A DNA stretch of 64,000 nucleotides from NCBI RefSeq assembly GCF_049060185.1, contig NZ_JBMEQO010000002.1. The stretch is one strand, 5' to 3'. Both the position numbers and the translations under genes were made by a program. The number at the start of each line of letters is the position of its first letter. Positions within the stretch are counted from its first letter, which is position 1. This document shows, one piece after another, positions 35,549 to 45,000 of the stretch. The stretch comes from Nannocystis pusilla (GTDB lineage Bacteria > Myxococcota_A > Polyangia > Nannocystales > Nannocystaceae). The notes beneath the pieces are model-generated. The model was not told the DNA's origin and ran no database searches. It was given only the letters and a program-made list of their open reading frames with translations.

Positions 35549-35566
35549 TTTGCGCGAGCGCGCAAA
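35549..35566. promoter_or_regulatory. Perfect inverted repeat TTTGCGCG-AG-CGCGCAAA upstream of the second sigma54 activator
   Basis: An exact 8-bp arm palindrome ~65 nt upstream of the start codon. It shares TTGC...GCAA ends with the palindrome at 19035. Confidence 0.3.
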
Positions 35567-35630
35567 GTATGCATTACACCCGCGCATCTTCCGCCCGCAG
35601 AGTAGGCGAAGCCCCGCGGAGGTACCGCCT

Positions 35631-37039
35631 ATGACGAAACTGAAGAGACCAGGCCGACCCAGATTCTGGTGGTCGATGACGAGTCAAGCGCACGCTCTGC
35701 ACTCAGCGAGCTGCTGCGCGAGGAAGGTTATGAAGTCCAGTCCGCCGCCGACGGATACAAGGCGCTCGGACGCATCGACCAGTGGGAGCCGGATGTCGTC
35801 ATCACCGACGTCAAGATGCCCGGCCTCAACGGCCTCGAGCTCATATCCAAACTTCGTGAACTCTACCCTGACGTCGCGGTCGTTGTGATGACTGCCTTCG
35901 GCTCGGTCGAGGGCGCCGTCGAGGCGCTCCACCTCGGCGCCGACGATTACCTCAGCAAGCCCGTCGATCTGCCGCAGCTGCTCATCGTGCTGCAGCGGGT
36001 CCTGCGACACGCGCGCTGCAACGCGAGGCCCGACACCTCCGCTCGGCGCTCGAGGCCAGCGCGCCGACCAGCGCGCCGGCATCATCGGCCAGTCGAAGGT
36101 GTTCCGCGACCTCCTCGGCCTCGCGCGCCAGGTCGCCGACTCGCCGGTGTCGGTGCTCGTCACCGGCGAACGCGGCACCGGCAAGCAACATCTGGCGCGC
36201 CTGATCCACCAGTGGAGCGGCCGCCGCGGCCCGTTCGTCAGCCTGCAATGCAGCGGCTTCACCGACGAGGCGTGCGCCCGCGAGCTGTTCGGGGTGCGCG
36301 ACGGCGAGGCGGTGCTGCGCGAGGGCCGGCTCGTCGAGGCCGACGGCGGCACGCTTTTCTGGCCGACGTCGAAGAGCTGCCGGCGGGCGTGCAGGCGGCG
36401 CTGCTGCGGTTCCTGCAGGACCGGGCGTTCTGCCGCGTCGGCGACAGCGAGCCGCTGCACGCCGATGTCCGCGTGATCGCGGCGACCAGTCAGGACCTCG
36501 GCGCGGCCAGGGCAGCAAGCTGCGCGAGGACCTGTACTACCGCCTCAACGTGGTCAGCCTGCGCATGCCGTCGCTGCGCGAGCGCCGGGACGACATCCCG
36601 CTGCTGGCGATGCACTTCCTGCGGCAGTTCGCCGCCCAGGCGCACCGACCGATGGTCGGCTTCAGCGAGCGAGCGCTCGGGGTGCTGCTCGGGTGCGACT
36701 GGCCGGGCAACATCCGTCAGCTCGAGAACAGCGTCGAGCGGGCGGTGGTGCTCGCGCGCGGGGCGGAGATCGAGCCGCGCGACCTGCCGCGCGAGCTGAT
36801 GTCGAAGATGCGCGGCGACGACTCGGCGCCCGTGATCCGGGCGCGTCGCTGCGGAGATCGAGCGCTACGCGATCCTGCGGACGCTCGAGCACGTCGGCGG
36901 CAGCACGAGCAAGGCCGCGAAAATCCTCGGGATCTCGCCGCGTAAGATTCAGTACCGCCTCAACGAATACCGCGTCGCTCCGCAGACGGGGATGCCTCCC
37001 GTGCCACCCGAACCGCACGCGCACCGCGGCGCGCTGAGT
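35631..37039 (+). CDS. Second sigma54-dependent activator (NtrC-family: receiver, AAA+ and HTH domains). It is heavily frameshifted, with at least 4 frame switches.
   Basis: The receiver domain reads ILVVDDESSARSALSELLREEGYEVQSAADGYKAL...VVITDVKMPGLNGLEL. The AAA+ domain has GERGTGKQ, RELFG and ADVRVIAATSQDL. The HTH is AKILGISPRKIQYRLNEY. Confidence 0.75.
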
Positions 37040-37204
37040 AGGGCGCAGAACATCGAACCGCGGCGCGTGACCACGGTTCACCGAGCTCACTGGCTGTCCC
37101 TGAGGACATGTCGCATTTCTCCAGCGCCGCCGCGTCCGCGCGCGTGGGGCGCGCGTCCGGTGACGTCGCGGCAGCGTGTTACGCTCGCGCCTTCGGAGGG
37201 TGCG

Positions 37205-39600
37205 ATGAAGGAGATCGAGATTCGGATCGGGCGTGGCACCGCGGCCACGCGTTTCGCCGCCGTCCTGGTCAAGTCGGGCAGCACGGCCACCCGCAGCTTC
37301 GAGCGCGCGCGCAGCGGGCCGGGCGTGCAGATCCACCTCACCGGCGAGCGCGACTACCACGTCGCCCTCGTCGCCGAGCCCTCGGCGGCCGACAAGGCGC
37401 TGCTGCGGTCGTCGGTCGGGCACAAGATCCTGCTCGACTTCCCCGGCCGCCGCGCCGTCCGCCAGCGCCTCGCATGTCTCTCGGGACAGGGCCTTCAAGA
37501 CAGGCCGGAGCCGCAGGCGGCGGCGCTCGACCTGACCGCCGGCATCCACGGCGCGGCCCCGCTGTTCCTTCTGCCGTCCGGCGAGCTGGCGGGTGACGCA
37601 GCAGGACCTGCCCCGAAGGACATGTCGGCGCTGCCGGTGTTCGTCGCCGCGGCGCGCTGGATCTCCGCGCGGCGGACGTCGAGCTTCGAATGCCTGTTCC
37701 CGCCGAGCGCGTTCTTCCCCGACGAGCCGCTGCGGACCGAGCGGCTGACGCCGGCACAGGCGGGGCGCTGCTGCAGCAGGTCGAGGCGGTGCTGACCGCG
37801 GCGGCGCCCGCGGGCCCGCACGGGGCGGTCGACGACGCGGTGCAGCTGCGCTCGGCGGCGCTGACCGTGCTGTCGCACGTGGTCGCCACGGCGCTCAAGG
37901 ACCCCGAGTTCCGCGCCGCCGCCGACGCGGCTGCCGGGCGCATCTTCCGGCTGGTCGACGAGGAGGCCGGGCCCGGCGGGCGCAGCGAGCTGCGGGCGCA
38001 CGCCATCTCGCTGCTGTCGCTGCGCGGCCCGGCGCTGCGACCCGAGCAGCAGGGGCGCGCGCAGTCGCTGCTGCGCTCGCTGTCGCGGCAGGCCCCGCCG
38101 TACGCGGCGCTGAACGGGCCGTGGCGGTTCGCCCTGGCCTCGGCCTCCGAGTTCTTCCCCGGCGAGGTCGAGCTGCTGCAGACCAAGTACGGCTTCACCA
38201 AGATCGCCGCGCCCGAGGTACGCCGAAGCCGCCGAACCAGTGGGGCGAGGGCTACGTGGTGCTGCAGGCGCCGTTCGTCGGCAAGGGCGGGCGCGAGTTC
38301 TTGCTGTTCGCCCGCTCGGCCTCGCCGCGCGACGAGAACTTCGAGATGTCGCAGGAGTTCTTCACCGGCCTGCTCGTCAGCCGCCACGCCAACCTCGGCG
38401 CCTACGACATGCGCGCCTCGGCGATCCAGACCCAGCAGGTCGGCTACAAGCTGATGATGAACTGCCAGTGCGCCGGGCTGACCACGCGCTTCGCCATCGC
38501 CCGCATGTTCCCCGACGCCGACATCTTCTCGAGCTGGGACTCGACCTACTTCCGCACCGGCGAGGGCGACAAGGTGGTGGCCTCGGAGGGCGTCGACTGC
38601 TTCGTGGCGATCCTGCGCGGCCTCGCCGAGGAGGAGGACTTCGCGGCGATCGATCAGCGGATCCGCAAGGCCCAGTGGCACCACCGCCAGAGCCGCACGC
38701 CCGACTTCGTGCAGTTCATCGGCCCGGCCCACCCGCTGGTGGTGGCGCGCTACCAGGACATCAACCGCGACGGCAAAGCCGACTACTACGACGGCTTCCT
38801 CGACTTCCGCCTGGTCGAGATCGCCGAGAGCCTCAAGGACTCGGCGGTGCCGCGCGACCCCGGCGCGTCGCCGTCGCAGATCAGCGGCGAGGCGGCGCGC
38901 GGGCTCGGCTGGGCCGCCGGCAGCCTCAACCGGGTCACGCAGTACTCTGAACTTTGGGACAGCTTGCCGGGCCAGGCCGAGATCCTCTACGCGTTCCGGG
39001 CCGGCGGCTTCTTCAGCGGCGCCGAGCCGCCGCGCGACGTGCCGGCCGGCAAGGGCCCGCGCGGGAGCTCGGCCGCTTGCCCGCGGTGGTCCGCTACGTC
39101 CGCGACCCGGCCGGCGACGCGCTGACCGCCGACGTGCTGTTCCACAGCCACCTCAGTCACAGCGCGCAGGAGCTCAAGCGCCTGCTGGTCGCCGCGGAGG
39201 CGTGGTGGCGGGCGATCGACCTCGGCTACCTCGCCGACGCGCCGCCGCTCGACACGCCGCTCGGCCAGCGCGCCGGACTGCTGCTGCTGCTCGCCGGGCT
39301 GCTCGAGTTCCCGGCCGACCAGAACTTCGTCGACGGCCTGTGGGAGATGGCGCTCGACATGCTGCAGCTGCCGCGGCTGTCTCGCTCGCTGATCCGCCGC
39401 TGCAACAGCGACGAGGACCACAATAACGGCAACTATTACGGGTCGGTGCGAGGCATCCGCGAGCTCGTCGGCACGGCCGAAGCCCCGGCGGGGCGCTCAA
39501 GCAGGCGAACCCGGAGGCCTACGAGGATCTGGCCGCCGCCGACCCGGCGATCGGCCGCGCCCGCCCGCTCGGCGAGGTCGCGCAGGCGGCAGGAGTGTGA
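37205..39600 (+). CDS. Large hypothetical protein (~800 aa). It is frameshifted.
   Basis: Long non-R-rich translations are recovered in consecutive frames (MKEIEIRIGRGTAATRF..., ...KLMMNCQCAGLTTRFAIARMFPDADIFSSWDSTYFRTGEGDK..., ...LLVAAEAWWRAIDLGYLADAPPLD...). No family could be assigned. Confidence 0.45.
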
Positions 39601-39779
39601 ACCGGTCGGTTCGGGCGCGGGCAACCCCGCTGCGGCGACGGCTCGGCGGCGTGCACGTGCGCCGCGCTTTCGGGCTCGCGCGTGGCCATGCTCGCGAGCG
39701 GCCGCTCGCGGGCACACGTCGTGTCCGCGCGGGTATCGAACCTGCGCTTCAGGACATGTCCTGAGGCGCAGGCCGCGGC

Positions 39780-40802
39780 TCACTCCGAGCTGCTGTTCGC
39801 AGAGACCTGCTCTTCGGGCAATGTCCCGGCGGCCAGGTGCTCGAGCCAGGCGGCGAAGCGCGGGCCGACGAGCCCGTGGCCGAGGTGGTAACGCAGCTCG
39901 GCCTCGACCGCGCCGCGCCACGCCTCGACCTCGCCCGAGCCGGCCAGCAGCTCGCCGACCGTGACGTCGCCGAGGCCGGCGACCGCCTCGGTGAGCACCG
40001 CCTCGACCTCGGCTGGCAGGCGGTCCCAGGCGGCCACTGCGACCAGCGCAGCCTGGACGTCGGCCGCGACCACGGCCGGGTCGAGCTTGACGAGCTCGGC
40101 GTGGACGGCAGACTCCGGCAGATCGAGCAGCGAGGCGAGCACGTCGGCGCGGAAGGCCGCGCCCTCGCCGGCGTGCTTGGGGTCGCTGACGCGATCGACG
40201 ATCATGTCGATCACGCGGCTGACGGCCCCATCGACGAAGCCACGCACGCGATCCTCGACCGAGGCGTCGAGTCCGACCACGGAGGCCATGCCCTTGGCGA
40301 CGCCGAACAGCTTCGAGGTGACGCCGGCGCCCGGGATCTTGCTGGTGTCCGGCAAGATCGAGCCGACCTTCTTGGCGAAGTCGAGCAGGGTGGTGTGGAG
40401 GATCGTGCGCGACAGGTCGCGCACCGTCGCCTGATCGACGACGGCTCGCACGAGCGCGCGGTTCGGCGTGTAGGGCCTGCGGACCACGGTGCGCAGCAGC
40501 GGCAACAGTTCGCCGGGCAGTCGCGCGCGCAACGTGCCTTGCCGCGGCCGGATCCGTGCGAGCGCGTCGCGGAGGCGCTGCTCGAGCCACGCCTTGTGGC
40601 CGGGCGCGGCGGCGACGGCCTGCAGGCCGGTGACGATCAGCGGGGTCAGCCTTACTGGATCGATGAAGCGGCGGGCCGGCGCGGCGAGGACCTCGTCGAC
40701 CAGCAGCGCTGCCAGCGCGGCGAGGTAGCGCGGCTCGTCGCGCAGTCGCGCGAGGAGGGCAGGGACGTGGGGCACGCCGGCCCTATACCAAGCTTCTCGC
40801 AC
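39780..40802 (-). CDS. Hypothetical protein (340 aa)
   Basis: An intact ORF with balanced, helical-looking composition. The GGACATGTCC palindrome at 39752-39761 lies immediately 3' of it. Confidence 0.5.
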   Translation of the reverse strand: MREAWYRAGVPHVPALLARLRDEPRYLAALAALLVDEVLAAPARRFIDPVRLTPLIVTGLQAVAAAPGHKAWLEQRLRDALARIRPRQGTLRARLPGELLPLLRTVVRRPYTPNRALVRAVVDQATVRDLSRTILHTTLLDFAKKVGSILPDTSKIPGAGVTSKLFGVAKGMASVVGLDASVEDRVRGFVDGAVSRVIDMIVDRVSDPKHAGEGAAFRADVLASLLDLPESAVHAELVKLDPAVVAADVQAALVAVAAWDRLPAEVEAVLTEAVAGLGDVTVGELLAGSGEVEAWRGAVEAELRYHLGHGLVGPRFAAWLEHLAAGTLPEEQVSANSSSE

Positions 40803-40884
40803 GGGGATACGCTGGTCCTCACGACGCGCTGCGCCGAGCTCTCGCCCGAGACCCGGCCCTCACCACGCGCGTTGTCCCGCCGCC

Positions 40885-41723
40885 ATGCACAGTCGCAACG
40901 TCGAGATCAAGAGCCCCTGCCACGAGTCGTGGGACGCCATGCACGGCGATGCGGAGCGCCGCTTTTGCGATGTCTGCGCCAAACACGTGCACAACCTCTC
41001 GGCGATGACGCGACAGGCGGCCACCGATCTCCTGCAGGCGCACAAGGGCGAGCACCTGTGCGTCCGCTACTCGAACCAGGAAGACGGCCAGATCGCGTTC
41101 CGCGACACCGTCCCACTGTCTCGCCTCCGCCCGGTGCGGACCGCCTTCGCGGCGATGCTTTGGCCGCCTGCGCCCCGCACGGCGACGGGCCGCCGATCCA
41201 GGACATCGGCGACATCGCCATCGAGGCGATGGCCCGCGACGCCAAGCCCTCGCCCGAGGGCGGTTGCGAGGTCCAGACGGGGCCCTTCACGACCATGCAC
41301 TTCCCCGCGGGCCACGAGGTCTGCAAGAACGTGGTCGACCTCGGGGCCCAGATCCGTCCGCCCCAGCCGCCGCCGATCCCGACGGTGCCCGAGGTGACGG
41401 TGCCGACGATGGGTGCCGCGCCGATCGCCGCCGACCCGCCGCCGCCGACCGAGGAGCTGATGGGCAAGGTGGCGCCGGTCGAGCACGCGAAGATGGGCGA
41501 GGCGATGCCGGAGGTGAAGGAGCCGTGCGATCCGCAGCCCGGCTTCGCCCCGCCGCCGCCGCAGATGGGCCAGGCGCCGGTGAAGGTGGTCGAGCCGCCC
41601 AAATCGGAGCCGCTGATGGGCGACATCGCCGTCGTCGAGCCGCCGCCGCCGCCCGAGCCGGTGCGGATGGGCCGGATGGCCCCGGCCAAGACCGGCACGG
41701 CGAAGGTCGCAGGCGACCTCTGA
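40885..41723 (+). CDS. Hypothetical protein with an N-terminal Cys/His zinc-finger-like domain and a Pro-rich C-terminal half. It has one frame switch.
   Basis: The N-terminus reads IKSPCHESWDAMHGDAERRFCDVCAKHVHNLS. The C-terminal half has proline-rich PPPP repeats. Confidence 0.45.
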
Positions 41724-41920
41724 GCGCGAGCTCGGGTCGAACTGCTGAGCGCCGGAAGTTGCCATCGAGCGAGACGCCCTCGATCCACGTGAACGCCTGA
41801 GCGGCGTCGGTAGGCGGCTCGTCGTCAAAGCCTTCGTCCTTGTGGGCGGCCGTCTTCGAGGACGAGGGGCGCCGGTCTCGCTCGATGGGAGAGGCGTCGC
41901 CGCGGCGTCGGGCATGGTCG

Positions 41921-42070
41921 AAGGGACATGTCCTGGCGGTCATGCCTGACGCGTCCTGCGAGCGCGGCTGGAGACCCGGCCGAGGAGCTCACGGACATGA
42001 CCGAACAGACATGTCCAAATCGCCATGCTGCTTCGGGCATGTCTTCGAGGACATGCCCGAAGCGACAGGC
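41921..42070. repeat. Two adjacent tandem arrays of palindrome units between convergent genes
   Basis: The first run is GGGACA|TGTCCTGGCGGTCA|TGCCTGACGCGTCC. The second is GGACA|TGACCGAACAGACA|TGTCCAAATCGCCA|TGCTGCTTCGGGCA|TGTCTTCGAGGACA|TGCCCGAAGCGACA. Confidence 0.75.
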
Positions 42071-42072
42071 TC

Positions 42073-45000
42073 TCAGCTGCCGGCGGTGAAGTCCTCGCGG
42101 TTGCTGTCCCACCAGGCTTGCCAGGCGCGCAGGGCCAGCTCGCGGCTGCGGCGGTCGCCCTCGGCCGGGAACGGGATCCGCTGGCCGGTGATCCGCGCCA
42201 GCTCGTCGGCGGCCCAGCGGCGCACGGCCTCGTCGCGGTGGCGCAGGCCGTCGATGACCCACTCGATGCGCGGCTCCTGGCCGTGCTCGGCGTACCAGGC
42301 CCGCCAGCGCTGGGCGCGGTAGCCGTGGTGCTTGGCGGTGATCGAGCACAGGGCCTCGAGTGCGGCCTCGCGGACGTGCTTGTCGCGGACCGCCAGCAGG
42401 TCGATGAGGCGCGGCACTGCGAGGGTGTCGCGCAGCGTGCCGGCGGCCTCGACGGCGAGCAGCTGACGGTCGCGGTCCGAGCTCTCGAGCTCGCCGCGGA
42501 TCTCCGCGGCCACCGCCGCGAAGTCGGGCACGCGGCTGTAGGACTCGAGCACCCGGGTGGCGATCAGCCGCACGTCGGGGTCGGAGTCGAACGCCAGCTC
42601 GCCGAGTGGCCGCAGGCACTTCGGGTCGCGCAGCTCCTGGAACAGGAACGCGGCGTAGAAGCGGATCTGCGGCCGTGCGCTGGCGAACAGGGCGAGCACG
42701 TGCGGGCTGACCGCGTGGCCGAGCTCGACGCAGGCGCGCAGCAGCGGGCCGTGAGCGCTCGGCGGCGGGAAGTTGGTCGCGTTGGCGAGGTCGATGGGCC
42801 CGGGGAAGCGGGCGGCCAGGCGGGCCAGGCCGCGCTCGTCGAGCGCGCGCAGCCGCGACACGCTGGTCCACTCGGCCGGGTTCTGCAAAAAGTCCTCGAT
42901 CACCGCGTCGATCTCGCGGTCGTCGAGCGCCGCGCCAGAGGCGACCTCGGCGGCCGCGGCCGGCTCCTCGGTCGACGGCTCGTCGGCCGCGCGGCGCTCG
43001 TCGACCGGCGGGGCCGCGGCGGACCCGCTCGCCTCGTCGGCGCCGGCTGGCGCGCTCGAGTCGACCTGCGCTTCGGGACCGGTCTTGTGGGACATGTCCT
43101 CGGGAGCATGTTCCGAAGGGACGATCCCTCTCGCGGTCGACTGGGCCGCTGCCTCGTCGGCCTCGGCCTCGCGCACCAGCCGGGGCATGGTCAGGGCGCT
43201 GGACGAGGAGTCGGGGCGCGGGTCGTGCTTGCCGCGGCGCCGGCCGCTGCGCGGGCCGATCAGAGTGGTCGGCATCGACAGCGTGGGGCCGCCCTCGAGC
43301 TCGTCGGGGTCGCTGCGACGGGCCATCGGGTGCGGCGTGGCGGTGAGGCCGCCCGAGCGCCGCAGCGTCTTCGGGATCACCAGCACCGGCTCGTCCTCGT
43401 CCGGCTCGTTCGCGCGGCGACGGCGGCCCGCGCCGGGCGTGCCGGGCGGGGCGACCAGGTTGGGGATCAGGGTCTCGGGCGGGACCGGGGAGTCGACCCG
43501 CGGCAGGTCGAGGACGGTCTTGGCGTCGGGCGCGGCGCGGGTCTCGACCAGCAGCGGCTCGTGGGTCGGAGGCGGCGAGAGGTCGAGGATGGTCGGGGTG
43601 TCGGAGGCGGCGCGCGGCCACTCGTCGAACTCGTCGCGCGTGGATGTGGATGACCGCGTGGTCTCCTCGAGCACCACCCGCGGCGCGCCCGGCAGCGTCG
43701 CCGCCGGATCGTGGTCGACGCGGGCCGCGGCGGCGGTCGCGGCCGAGCGCAGCGCCGCGGCCACGGGCAGCGGGTCCTCGATGCCCGACGGTTCGGCGGT
43801 GGCGATCCAGCCCGGCATCTCCGGCTGCGGGCTCGCCGGCGGCGCCTCGGGGCTGTCCGATCGCGCATGTCCGAAGGTATTGGGCCGATCGGACAGGTCG
43901 ATCGTCACCGCCGGCAGCGGCGGCTTGGTGAACATCGCGGCGAAGCGGGCCACGAGCGGGCTGTCCTGGCCGTTCTCGGGGCCGAGCGGCACGGGGACCG
44001 GGGCGAGGCCGAGACCGGGGCCGTCGCGGCGCGGCGGCGGGCTGTCGGGCTCGTCGGGGTCGTCGGTGAGGTCCTCGTACTCCGGCTCGTCGGACGGGGG
44101 CGGCGGCTCGTCCGCGAGCGTCTGGGCCCGCACGAGCGCGGAGCTCTCGGCGCGGACCGGCAGCGGCGTCACGGTCGCCGGGTCGTCGCGGCGGATCGGG
44201 TTCTTCAGGGTGATGACGGCGCGTCCGCGGTTGCCGCGGCTGCGCAGCCGGCTGGCGAGGCTGTTGCTGTCCCCGAAGCCAGGTTCACTCGCCGCGCCGC
44301 TCGCGGTCGGCGGCGACTCGGGCTCGTCGGGTTCGGCCGAGCTCTCGGCGGCCGGCGCCTCGGGCTCGCTCTCGGAGCTGTCCGCAGAGACAGGTGGTGT
44401 CGTGGCCGGCGCGTCGGCCTCGTCGATGGTGACGATCGGGGTCGCCGGCCGGATCGACGGCCGCGTGCGGTCGGCCGGGCCGGCCCCGGGCGTGCCGCCG
44501 GGCACCACCCAGCCGAGCAGCCGCAGCAGCGCCTCGAGGCTCTGGCGGGCCGTGTCGCACAGCTCGCGCAGGACGGTCCGCTCGCGCGGATCGAAGGCGA
44601 CGCCGGAGCGGTCGAGGTAGAGCATCAGCACGGTGCGGCCGCCGGCGAGCACGGGCTCGAAGATGCAGGGGATCCCCAGCGGCTGGCCGACGGCGAACGA
44701 CAGGCTCGGCTCGATCAGGAGGTGCAGCGGTCCCTGGCCCGACACTGCGCGATCGAGCAGGCCGCCCTCGGGCAGCGGGATGACGAGGCCCTCGGACATC
44801 CGCAGCGCGCTGCCGGGCGCGGCCAGGACGCGCAGACCCTCGCGCTTGACCCCGAACAGGGCCACGCGGGGCGCGATCAGGCTGGAGGCCCGCACCAAAG
44901 CCTCGGTGATCCGGTCGCGCTCGCGCGCGGTGGCCAGAGTGGCGCGAGCGGCGTCGAGGCGCTGCGCCAGAGTCATGACCATCGGCTGCGGCAGGGCCGG

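Noticed and set aside
41921-42070. Resemblance of the arrayed GGACATGTCC decamers to eukaryotic p53 response elements (RRRCATGYYY with short spacers)
   Set aside because: The context is clearly bacterial (T2SS, sigma54, MYXO-CTERM, ~70% GC). The similarity is treated as coincidental, or at most convergent, and no functional inference is drawn from it.
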